Positions 1 through 40,769 of a stretch of DNA of 64,000 nucleotides are shown piece by piece (positions within the stretch are counted from its first letter, which is position 1; each line of letters opens with the position of its first letter). Position numbers and translations under genes: made by a program. Origin of the DNA: Malacoraja senta (taxonomy: Eukaryota). The stretch spans positions 9,240,001 through 9,304,000 of the forward strand of contig CM075993.1 of assembly GCA_038087875.1 (NCBI GenBank). Direction: 5' to 3'. Below the pieces are notes generated by a model. The model was not told the origin of the DNA, made no database searches, and worked only from the letters and a program-made list of their open reading frames with translations.

Positions 1-725
1 GTTGTCTCGTTAAATGTGTTGATTCTAATTTTTATTATTTTTTTGCTGTGTATATGTGGGGGGTGGGGGAAACTGTTTAATATCTTCCCTGTACGGGGGA
101 CCCGACTTTTTCCCTGTCGGGTCTCCGATGTCGTTGGGCCTAACATAGTGGAGCCGGCGGCGGCCTCCGGCCGGAACTAACCTGAGGGCTCCAGTCGCAG
201 AGCCTGCGGACTCGCCATTGCGGAGCTGGCCGATTTCGGAACGGGAAGAGCTGTGGTAGCGCGCGGCTGTGACCCGACTTCGGAGCTTCGGAGGCTCCGG
301 CCGCAGGCCCGGTGAACAGGAACATCGGGAGCTCGCAGGTCCCTGGTGGGAGACCGCTTTTCGGAGCTCCCGCAACAGCAACTTCTCCCGCTGGAATCGC
401 GGGGTTTAAATGACTCGAAGCGGGGCCTAACATCGCCCGGCGCGGCTTAAACGGCCGCGGGACTTACCATCGCCCGCCGGGGGCTTTAACATCGGGAGCC
501 CGTCGCCTCGACGTTGCAGTTGGACCGCGGGAGAAGAACAAAGGGAAGAGAAGACTTTTTGCCTTCCATCACAATGAGGAGGTGTTGGAGATTCACTGTG
601 ATGGATGTTTGTGTAAATTGTGTTAAGTGTGGGTCTTGTTTTTTTTTGTAATGTTAAGACTGTAGAAATGCAATTTCGTTCAAACCAAGCTGTTTGAATG
701 ACAATAAAAGGCACTCTATTCTACT
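1..725 (+). mobile_element. Probable LINE 3' region (CpG-rich body, ATGACAATAAA end with short ctatt tail)
   Basis: The same atgacaataaa-plus-microsatellite end occurs at ~29098-29128 and ~58229-58270; family not identified. Confidence 0.45.
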
Positions 726-727
726 TT

Positions 728-2485
728 CAAAGGACAACAGAAGGTAACAAAAAGGGCAATATGGGGTGAAAAGATGAAGTGCGAGGGTAAGCTGGCAAAG
801 AATATAAAGAAGGATAGTAAAAGCTTCTTTAGGTATGTTAAGAGAAAAAGATTAGTAAAGACAAATGTGGGTTCCTTGAAGGAAGAAATAGGTGAAATTA
901 TTATGGCAAGGAAATGGCAGAAGAGTTGAACAGGTACTTTGGTTCTGTCTTCACTAAGGAAGACACAAACAATCTCCCAGATGTAATAGAGGACAGAGGA
1001 ACTGAAATAAATTTTCATTAGGCGAGAAATAGTATTGGGTAGACTGATGGAACTGAAGGCTGATAAATCTCCAGGGCCTGATGGTCTGCATCCCAGGGTA
1101 CTCAAGGAGGTGCTCTAGAAATCGTGGAAGCATTGGTGATTATTTTCCAATGTTGTATAGAGTCAGGATCAGTTCCTGTGGATTGGAGGGCAGCTAATGT
1201 CATCCCACTTTTCAAGAAAGGAGCGAGAGAGAAAACAGGGAATTATAGACCAGTTAGCCTGACAACAGTGGTGGGGAAGATGCTGGAATCAATTATTAAA
1301 GAAGTAATAATGGCACATTTAGATAGCAGTAAAAGGATTGGTCCAGGTCAGCATGGATTTATGAAGGGGAAATCATGCTTGATTAATCTTGTGGAATTTT
1401 TGAGGATGTAACAAGTAGAGTGGAAAAGTGAGAGCCAGTGGATGTAGAGTATTTGGACTTTCAGAAAGCCTTTGATCAGGTCCCACACAGATTAGTGAGC
1501 AAAATTAGAGCACTTGGTATTGGGGACAGGGTATTGACATGGATAGAGAATTGGTTGGCAGACAAGAAACAAAGAGTAGGAATAAACGGGTCCCTGTCAG
1601 AATGGCAGGCAGTGGCGAGTGGAGTACCGCAAGGCTCGGTGCTGGGGCTATTTACAATATATATATATATTAATGATTTAGATGATGGGATTAAAAGTAA
1701 CACTAGCAAATTTGCAGATGACACAACACTGGGTGGCAGTGTGAACTGCGAAGGGGATGCTATGATGTTGCAGGTGACTTGGACAGGTTGAGTAAGTGGG
1801 CAGATGCAGTATAATGTAGATAAATGTGAGGTTATCCACTTTGGTGGTAAGAACAAGGAGGCAGATTATTATCTCAATGGTGTCAGATTAGGAAAAAGGG
1901 AAGTGCAACGAGACATGGGTGTCCTGCTACACCAGTCACTGAAACTAAACATGCAGGTACAGCAGGCAGTGAAGAATGCTAATGGCATGTTGGCCTTCAT
2001 AACGACAGGATTTGAGTACAGGAATAAAGAGGTCCTTCTGCAGTTGTACAGGGCCCTGATGAGACCACATCTGGAATTTTGTGTGCGGTTTGTCTCCTAA
2101 TTTGAGGAAGGGCATCCTTGTTATTGAGGCAGTGCAGCGTAGGTTCATGAGGTTAATCCCCAGGATGGCGGGACTGTTATATGAGGAAAGATTGGAAAGA
2201 ATGGGCTTGTATTCACTGGAATTTAGAAGGAGAGGAAATCCTATAGAAACGTATAAAATTATAAAAGGACTGGATGCAGGAACAACGTTCCCAATGTTGG
2301 GGGAGTCCAGAACCAGGGGCCACAGTCTAAGAATAAAGGGGATGTCATTTAAAACTATGGGGAAAAAATCTTTTTCACCCAGAGAGATGTGAATTTGTGG
2401 AATTCTCTGCCACAGAAGACAGTAGAGGACAATTTACTGGATGCATTTAAAAGAGAGTTAGATAGAGATCTAGGGGCTAGAGATC
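728..2485 (+). mobile_element. CR1-clade LINE, degraded RT region
   Basis: Frameshifted ORFs with GNYRPVSLT, QHGFMKGKSCL, YLDFQKAFD, GVPQGSVLG, KFADDT. Confidence 0.93.
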
Positions 2486-2489
2486 TATA

Positions 2490-3763
2490 GTAAAGAAAAA
2501 TCCCAAAACATCTCTCCGGCATATCAGCAACACTCTTCAGGTGTGGATTTGTCAGTGACCACTGTCCGCAGAAGACTTCATGAACAGAAATACAGAGGCT
2601 ACACTGCAAGATGTAAACCATTGGTTTGCTGTAAAAATAGGATGGCCAGGTTACAGTTTGCCAAGAAGTACTTAAAAGAGCAACCACTGCTCTGGAAAAG
2701 GGTCTTGTAGACAGATGAGACGAAGATTAACTTATATATCAGAGTGATGGCAAGAACAAAGTATGGAGGAGAGAAGGAACTGCCCAAGATCCAAAACATA
2801 CCACCTCATCTGTGAAACACTGTGGTGTAGGTGTTATGGCCTGGATATGTATGGCTGCTGAAGGTACTGGCTCACTTATTTCCATTGATTGTACAACTGA
2901 TCTTCATTGATTGTACACCTCAGAGGGAGGTGGAGGCGGGTTCTCTGGATGCTTTCAAGAGAGAGCTAGATAGGGCTCTTAAAAATAGCGGAGTCAGGGG
3001 ATATGGGGAGAAGGCAGGAACGGGGTACTGATTGGGGATGATCAGCCATGATCACATTGAATGGCGGTGCTGGCTCGAAGGGCCGAATGGCCTACTCCTG
3101 CACCTATTGTCTATTGTCTAACTGCTGATGGTAGTAGGATAATGAATTCTGGAGTGTATAGACACATCCTATCTGCTCAAGTTCAAACAAATGCCTCAAA
3201 ACATTGGCTGGTGGTTCATTCTACAGCAAGACAATGATCCCAAACATACTGCTAAAGCAACAAAGGAGTTTTTCCAAAGCTGAAAAATGGTTAATTCTTG
3301 AGTAGCTAAGTCAATTACCCGATCTGAACCCAATTGAGCATGCCTTTTATATGCTGAAGAGAAAACGGAAGGGGACTAGCCCCCAAAACAAGCATAAGCT
3401 AAATATGGCTGCAATACAGGCCTGGCAGAACATCACCAGAGAACTGGTGCTGTCCATGAATTGCAAACTTCAAGCAGTCATTGCATGCAAAGGATATGCA
3501 ACAAAATACTAAACATGACTACTTTCATTGACATGATATTGCTGTGTCCCAAACAATATGGTGCCCTGAAATGGGAGGGACTATGTATAAACACTGCTGT
3601 AATTTCTACACGGTGAAACCAAAATGTATAATAATGGTCTTTATTAAAATCTAATGTGCACTTTAACCACATGTGATTTTTTTCTATTACAAATCTCAAA
3701 TTGTGAAGTACAGAGGCAAATAAATAAATGATGGGTCTTTGTCCCAAACATTATGGAGGGCAT
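2490..3763 (+). mobile_element. Tc1-like transposon remnant (transposase plus right TIR), interrupted by a CR1 3' end at ~2918-3120
   Basis: Reads DETKINL..., TSSVKH, QQDNDPKHT, DLNPIEHAF; repeated tgtcccaaaca motif in the right end. Confidence 0.85.
2918..3120 (+). mobile_element. 5'-truncated CR1 3' end or related SINE tail
   Basis: gaatggcgg...gggccgaatggcctactcctg followed by a (ctattgt)n tail. Confidence 0.85.
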
Positions 3764-3799
3764 AGGAAGGGTTCATTATGTATATGCATAGGAAGGGTT

Positions 3800-4440
3800 C
3801 AGAAGGATGTGGGCCAAATGCAGATCAAAGGACACTACAGGATATTGATTAGTTACAGATATAGGCAGAAAAATGGCAGATGGCGTTTAATCCGGATAGG
3901 TGTGAGGTGTTGCACTTTGGGAGGTCATACACAAGAGAAAAGTGTACAGTTAATAGCAGGGCTCTTGACAGCATTTATGTACAAACAGATCTTAGGGTCC
4001 AAATCCATAGCTCCCTGAAAGTAGTAATACAAGTAGATAGAATACTAAAAGTATATGATATGCTTGCTGATATCATTTGGGGCACTGAGTACGAGTCAGA
4101 AGTCATGTTGCAGCATGATTAAAAACTTTGGTTCATATGCATTTGCAGTATTGTGTGCAGTTCTGGTCACTCCATTGCAGGAAGGAGATGGAAGCTTTGG
4201 AGATGAATCAAGAGCTTTACCTGAATGCCACCTGGATTAGATGGTTTTAGGAGAAGTAATTAAATTTAGATTATTTTCACTGGAGCATCGGATGATGATG
4301 GTTGACCTGTTAGAAGTTTATAAAATTACGAGGCAAAGATGGACAGTCAGAAATTATACCAGGGTAGAAATGTAAAATGCCAGAGGGAATAGGTTTAAGA
4401 TCAGATGTGATGGGCAATGTTTTTTAAAATAAAGAGTGGT
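3800..4440 (+). mobile_element. Old CR1 fragment
   Basis: MAFNPDRCEVLHFGRS and gtgcagttctggtc motifs. Confidence 0.75.
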
Positions 4441-6114
4441 AGGTTATTTTTTTGTGACAGAATGGGAAATATTGTTGGATTTTCTAATGACAGAATGGGA
4501 AATATTGTTGTTCAAAGTCTTACCTGCATCCTTGTATACAAGTGACAATGCTAATATGCTAGTGCGTCAACCAATTAAGCCATATGGTTGGACAGTCTTT
4601 ATTACAAGACCATTTAAACACATCAGTAAAGATGTCTTAATAGAATCATTTGGTGCCTTGGTGAGACCACACCGAGAGTAGCACTACCAAGATGAATGGG
4701 CAGCAAGTATGAGATATGACCCCTCCATTCCATACACCATCCTGACCAGAGAAAATATTGCCATTTCTTTACTTTCTTTGTATCAGTATGGTAAGCCTTT
4801 CTTGCATTTTTGCCAAATATCCAAATATGCCAAAACTGCATATAATAATTTAGCTATAGGTTCAATTTTAGCAAGAGATCTTTGCGCCTGTATTCAAAAA
4901 TCTAGCAGAGAAAGCCAACACCTTTCCTTCCTAAAAAATGCTTGCTAAATCTGCATTATATTCAACAAATGGTGTGCAAGGACACTCTTTGTATATTACT
5001 TCACAATCGATCATCGATCATGTACATAAAACTGTCTTTTGTTTTTATTCAAAAGTAACTTCATTTTTATCCATGGTATTGTATCAGTCAGGTATTTCCT
5101 CATGCACTCAACTTATTAACAATGCTTTGAAGACCTATTGCATCCTTCTCACAACCCTCAATTTTACCATGCACGTTGTTGTAAAATTTAAATACTAAAT
5201 TTGGTTCTTTTATAAAAATTAACAATGGAAACAAAAAAAACAATATTTTTTCTGCAAATTTATTACAGGTAATAAGGAAAATGTGAACATTCAACGCAAT
5301 AATCTCAGTGCTACTCATATTATTGTTTTATATTTACTCATGTAAAATATCCACAGTAGAAAGTGAAAAATCATAACCCTAAAAATCATTAAATAGCTCA
5401 TATTTTAAATATTTAAGATGAGAAAAACCCAAATAATGTAATAATGAAGCAAAAACTCAGACCAACGGATTTTAGTTTAATTGATCTAACTAAAGTCCGA
5501 TACTTTTAAAATACGGTGTTCACATTCCAGATTTAGCCAAGTACCTGTCATGATGATTGTATGATATTAAAAAAGTGCAAAAAATAAATTTAAAAAATTC
5601 GAGTAACTATAAACTTTTTTTTTTTTTTTTTTAAAGAATACATGTGGTCAGCCACTGAAGGCCCGAGTTTTCCCAAGGACCATTGTTGCCTGTAGAACTT
5701 GCAAAGGTTATCTAACAAGAAACTAAACCCATGACATTCACTGCATTTTCATATCCAAGGATAATCAAGACTATTTCATAACAAGCCAACCCTAGCATTT
5801 ATTTATTTTATTCCCATCAGAAAATCTGGTGCAGATATGCACAAGGTCAGCAGTAATATAGTGAACAAAATGTATTCTGTAACATGAAAAAAGTTTGAGG
5901 AAGAAAATTGCAACAATATAAATTTTCATTAGTATAAGCATTAGAACAAAAAGTGGAAATCGAAGAAAACAGAATTTAACAAATCAAAAAATATCTTGGT
6001 GCACGATATTTTTTCTTGGGTCACATTATACTGAAGCATTACTAACAATGCATAAAGTCATTATTTAGAAATTACAGTATACTGGCTTTAATCAAAATAT
6101 CAAAAATTACTTAC

Positions 6115-35512
<29,398 letters not shown>

Positions 35513-36534
35513 CTGTCGGCAACGAATTTAAAAATAGTTACACTTTACTCAGAAAGCAATTTACGTATTTTGTGTTGTTGACCTTAATCTTAATTACAAA
35601 CAATTAGTGCAAATTGAAAATGTTATGCATTTGCTGGACATACAAGATGTTAAATGTCTGGTGAATCTCATGATCAGAGCCCATGAGATCCAGAGCAATT
35701 TTGTAAACCGGATACAAAATTGTCTAGGTAATAGGACAAGGCAGGCAATGGTTGATGATTGCCTTTGCAATGGGAGCTCTTGTAATTAGTTACATACATT
35801 AAGTTCAATGTGAATGCAGAAGGTACAAGAAGGAAGTTCATGCAAGAAGATTACTGATGTTGTTGATAGGGAGGAGTGAGGTCTTCAGCTGCAAAACAAT
35901 ATTGAGCACTTGATAAAATGGGCAGGTATTTGCAGATATAATTTAATACTTTAAAATGTGAAGTGATAGGCCTTGTGCAGACTAATAAGGCTAAAAAATG
36001 TAAACTGCCAAAATCCAAGGAAGGTACAGAAGGACCCAACTCATCCCACTGAGTTTCTGCTGACTATCAAACACCCATTTACATTTACACGAATCCCATT
36101 TATTATCCCCACTTGTTTCCCCATAATTTGCCATCATACACATAATGGGGCAATTTAGTCAACAATTATCCAACCAACCTGCACTTCATAGCACTGTGCA
36201 AAGTATCCAGAACACCCAGGCAATACACGCAGTTTCACGTTGAACTTGCAAGCACCACACAGAGCATCAGAGGTCAGGATTGCTAGAGCTGTAACGTAGC
36301 AGCTCAGCATTACTTTCATTACTTACCTAGGCATTAGATAATGCATAGAATATAAAATCAAGGCGGTTATGGTACAACTAAATTATTTCAACTGTGACCT
36401 AACTAATGATTAGTGCAGTTCCATTTGCCACAATATAGGAAAGCTGTTATTACACTGGAGGTGCAGAGGAGATTCTCCAGGATGTTTTCTGGGGTGGAAT
36501 GTCTCAGCTATGAAGATATGCTCATTAGACTAGG

Positions 36535-36734
36535 NNNNNNNNNNNNNNNNNNNNNNNNNNNNNNNNNNNNNNNNNNNNNNNNNNNNNNNNNNNNNNNNNN
36601 NNNNNNNNNNNNNNNNNNNNNNNNNNNNNNNNNNNNNNNNNNNNNNNNNNNNNNNNNNNNNNNNNNNNNNNNNNNNNNNNNNNNNNNNNNNNNNNNNNNN
36701 NNNNNNNNNNNNNNNNNNNNNNNNNNNNNNNNNN
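36535..36734. other. Scaffold gap of exactly 200 N
   Basis: Run of N with a round length, typical of an unsized scaffolding join. Confidence 0.99.
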
Positions 36735-37640
36735 CCTCAAAGTACATGAGATACCATTAGCACTGTGATAAATCTATCAAATCCATTGACCGGATAAGCA
36801 TGCCGTTGTCTTTTGCTCTTTTCAAAGCCCACATTGAGGTCTTACTGCACTCAGAAAGCTCCAATGGGCAATTCATGTTATTCGTACGCCCGACACTGAA
36901 CTCCTGACACTGGCACTTTATTCTAAGATCTATCATAGTAATAGAATACCAGGAATTCTTTCATGAATGTCCTCATAACCTTCTTGAACGTGCAATATCT
37001 CACAAACTCACAAAAATCCTGCTCTAGAAATATTCAAAGGGGAGAAGCAGCATCTGTGTTGGCTCTGAGAACCTCCAATCATCAGAAACATGAAGAAGCC
37101 ATTAAAAAAAAAGACGGAGGAGCACAAAAGTTCGAAACTATCCATTTATTCACCCCATCAACCACCACAATGATAGTCCCCTAATGCCCCTGATTGGCCT
37201 CATGAAACACCGAAGAACATGTTGAGTGGAAGCCATTATCTTTATTCCTGAGGGATTTCCTAGGAGCCAGCAGTTGAGGAGAACCTTTGTGATGACCTTC
37301 CCTGTGGCTAAGGGCAGCGAAACCCTTCTATAGTTACTACAATTGGATTTGTCTTTTTCCACGAAGGACATGGAAGACAGTAAGATCTGTGTGACACGAC
37401 ACACAGATATGGGTCGGCATTTTGAGGTAAGCTGTGTTGGAGATCGCCATTTTAAATGCGGCCTGCACCGCATTTCAAATGCGGCCTCCAGCTACTGGCT
37501 CATAGCCCTGCAGGGAAAGCGGTGTAAACACACAGGGCGAGAATGGCAGATAGTCAGGGCAGCTCTAAGACAGCCTGTCTGTAAACGAGGACTCGCTGTG
37601 ATCAGTACAATGCCTCAATATTCCAGTCAGCGAGAAAGCA
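36735..37640 (-). mobile_element. Decayed RTE-clade LINE fragments
   Basis: DKSNCSNYRRVSLPLATGKVITKVLLN. Confidence 0.55.
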
Positions 37641-37654
37641 ATGTACACAATTGA

Positions 37655-38278
37655 AGTGTACAGAATAGTGAAAGGCTTGGATAGAGTGGATGTTTCCACT
37701 AGTGGGAGAGTCTCGGACCAGAGGCCATAGCCTCAGAATTAAAGGACATTCTTTTCGGAATGAGATGAGGAGGAATTTCTTTAGTCAGAGGGTGGTGAAT
37801 ATGTGGAATTCTTTGCCACAGGGCTGTCATTGGATATTTCTTCGGCACAGATAGATAGTACGGGTTAGAGAGGTTGGGGGGAGAAGGCAGGAGAATGGGG
37901 TTAGGATGGAGAGATAGATCAGCCATGATTGAATGGCAGAGTAGACTTGATGGGCCGAATGGCCCTAATTCTAATCCTATCACTTATGATCTAATATATG
38001 CAAGGGCAGTTTGAGATTAAGAAGGAGGTGGTGCTAGGGCTGAAGATTGATAAATCCCAGGACCCTGATTAGATTTAACCCAGGTTATTGATAGAGGCAA
38101 AAGAGATGATTGTGGAAGCCTTGACAAAGATCTTTGTGGCTTCTCTAGCCACAGGCGAGGCCGTGGTGGACTGGAGAGCAGCTAATGTTCCTTTATTTAA
38201 GAAGGGAAGTAGAGAGGATCCAAGGAATTATAGGGTGGTGATTCCTACGTCAGTGGTAGATAAACTATTGGAGAGTGT
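37655..38278 (+). mobile_element. CR1 fragments (a 3' end and an RT N-terminal piece)
   Basis: DWRAANVPLFKKGSREDPRNYR; tail gggccgaatggcc. Confidence 0.85.
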
Positions 38279-38965
38279 GTAAGAAAGAACTGCAGATGTT
38301 GGTTTAAACTGAAGAAAGACACAAAAAGCTGGAGTAACTCAGCGGGATAGGCAGCATCTCTGGAGAGAAGGAATGGGTGACGTTTCGGGTCGAGACCCTC
38401 TTCAGACTGGTTAGGGATAAAGGGAAACGCGAGATATAGACGGTGATGTGGAGAGATAAAAAACAATGAATGAAAGATATGCAAAAAAGTAACGATGCTA
38501 AAGGAAACAGGACATTGTAAGCTGTTTGTCGGGTGTAAATGAGAAGCAAGTGCGACTTGGGTGGGGGAGGGATAGAGTGAGAGGGAATGCCAGGGCTACC
38601 TGAAGTGAGAGAAATCAATATTCATTACACTGGGCTGCAAGCTGCCCAAGTGAAATATGAGGTGCTGTTCCTCCAATTTGTGTTTAGCCTCATTCTGACA
38701 ATGGAGGAGAACTAGGACAGAAAGATCTATGTAGGAATGGGAAGGACAATTAAAGTGTCCAGCAACCGAGAGATCAGGTAGATTCAGGCGGGCTGAGCGA
38801 AGGTGATCCGTGAGACGATCGCCCAGTCTGCGTTTGGTCTCGCCGATGTATAAGAGTCCACATCTTGAACAACGGATACAATAGATGAGGTTGGAGAAGG
38901 TGCAGGTGCACCTCTGCCTAACCTAAAAGGACTGTTGGGGTCCCTGGACAGAGTCGAGGGAGGAC
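38279..38965 (-). mobile_element. Penelope-like element 3' end (GIY-YIG remnant plus tail)
   Basis: Reverse complement matches 60700-61355, including the tail motif ctgaagagggtctcgacccgaaacgtc. Confidence 0.85.
38372..38410 (-). ncRNA. Minimal hammerhead-ribozyme-like motif
   Basis: CUGAAGA-GGGUCUCGACCC-GAAA-CGUC: both conserved boxes, stem II, and a palindromic minimal stem III as described for Penelope-like element hammerheads. Confidence 0.6.
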
Positions 38966-38969
38966 TGAA

Positions 38970-39638
38970 CTGGAGACTGCGGCGGCCGAACCCGCGATCT
39001 TTGGGTCGACGCCCACCCGCCGCCTGGCTCGGTGTCCTCGGATTGACGCCTGCCGGCCCGCGTCCTCGCTCGGGGTCCACGCCTGCCCGCATCCTCGCTC
39101 GGGTCCGCCGCCCGGCGCCTGGCGGAGGGGGGGCTGTTGCCACAGGCCGAGCCCGGCTCGACGTCCGCCCGCCCGCCCGGGGTCCTCGGGTAGACACCGT
39201 CCACGGCCTCCCTCGAGTCCACGTCTGCCCGCAGCATCCCTCTCTCGACGATCGCCCGCCACCACGCCCGCCGTCCTCGGGTCGATGCACACCCATGGCC
39301 TCTCTCTGCCCTCTCTCTCTGCCTCTGCCCTTTCCCCTGTCTCTGTCCTCTCTCCCTGTCTCTTCACCCTCTGTCTCTGCCCTCCTCCCTCTCTAACCCC
39401 CTCCCTCTCTCTCTCTAGCCACGCCTGCGCAGTTGGTGGCTATGCGTGAGTGGATAGGGCAAGGGATGGGGTAAAGGAGCAAATGAATAATATTAATTTA
39501 ATATCAAGGGCGGGGTTAGCGTGTGTGTGTGTGTGGGGGGCGTTAGTGTGTGTGTGGGTGGGGGTGGTTAGTGTGTGTGTGTGTTTGACGCCACAGGCCG
39601 CCCCCCTCCCAGGACCAACAAGTCCCACTTGGTCCAGT
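38970..39638 (+). mobile_element. Helitron-like element with CpG-rich internal segment
   Basis: Ends ggaccaacaagtcccacttggtCCAG|T; shares gcctgcgcagttgg. Confidence 0.55.
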
Positions 39639-39649
39639 ATACTAAACAA

Positions 39650-39773
39650 ACATCCATCCGTCCATCCGTCCCTCCGTCCGTCCGTCCGTCCGTCCGTCCG
39701 TTCATCCATCCATCCATCCATCCATCTATCCATCTATCTATCTATCTATCTATCTATCCATCCATCCATCTAT
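39650..39773. repeat. Compound (CCAT)/(CCGT)/(CTAT) microsatellite
   Basis: Direct reading. Confidence 0.95.
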
Positions 39774-39819
39774 CTTCTGTGTGATTTCATGTGATCCTGA
39801 AATTACAGCAATACGATAC

Positions 39820-39929
39820 AGTTGGTCTAGTTCTTTTTTAAGTCCTCGAATATTGCGTTGGGGAACGGGTTACATTGGGGGACCAGGCCTCCTGTGTGAC
39901 AGGGACCCAACGGGTCCCAGTTGGTCTAG
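39820..39929 (+). mobile_element. Helitron 3'-end remnant(s)
   Basis: Hairpin GGGACCC-AAC-GGGTCCC followed by agttggtCTAG|T. Confidence 0.7.
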
Positions 39930-40769
39930 TGTGTGTGTAAAAATATGAGGCATAGATGGGATAGTCAGAATCTTTCTCCACGAATGGAAAAATCAAATTC
40001 TAGAGGGCATAGCTTTATGGTGAGAGGGGCAAAGGTTAACAGAGATGTGTGTGGCATATTTTTATAAACAGAGGGCAGTGAGTGCCTGGAAAGCACTGCT
40101 GGGGTGGTGGTTGAAGCAGATACGTTAGTGGCATTTAAAATACTTTTGGATAGATATATGGACAGCAGTGAATGGAGGGATATGGGTTATGTACATGTAG
40201 GTAAGTGATGGTCTTGGTATCATATTCGGTACAGACACTGGGCCAAAGGGCCTGTTCTTGTGCTGAACTCTTTCTTCTATGTTCTTGAAGATGGTCACAA
40301 TTACAGCATCTCTGAGGTCCTTTAGCATGTCTTCCTCTCACTTCCAGCTCCCATCTTCTGAGCTGCTCACTATTTTGGTGAGAAGAGGCTCACAGTGGCA
40401 ATATTTCCTTCTAAACAGTTCCAAAAATGTAGCACAAAAAGATATCAGGAATATTTAAGTCTCTATTTATCCTTTGTCCTTTGTTATTTCACCTCAGGTA
40501 TTTATTAGAGGCACAATAGGCTTTGAAAGGCCTGTTTAAATATTTTCGAAAGCTTATTTTTTCTTTGGGTCTCCAGACTACTTTTTTCACTTGCATCCTA
40601 TCTCTCCAAAGTGAAGCCCACCTTTCCACCTAGAGAATGGCAAAACTAATGCCACATATAATCCAATATAAAGTATAATATGCAATCATAGTCTAAGTCA
40701 CAAGTCTCTACAGAAGTAAAGGCCTACAATACCCACTACTGGACTGCCTCTTATACCAATAATGTCTTA

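Noticed and set aside
25..714. GC-rich ORFs or a possible CpG-island promoter
   Set aside because: No recognisable protein; the segment ends in a LINE-type tail and lies inside an SLC12A1 intron
4456..4510. 23-bp direct repeat tgacagaatgggaaatattgttg (similar pairs at ~7572-7622 and ~60476-60541)
   Set aside because: Two-copy local tandem duplications, not a CRISPR-like or regular array
35513..36534. Search for an NKCC2 exon 4B
   Set aside because: No third 96-bp cassette recognisable; the region is decayed CR1/SINE sequence
36413..36760. ORFs containing X runs
   Set aside because: Artefacts of the N gap; the left part is a decayed CR1 fragment
38784..39396. Overlapping Arg/Gly/Pro-rich ORFs
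   Set aside because: GC-rich repeat interior open in several frames, with no recognisable protein motif or splice context
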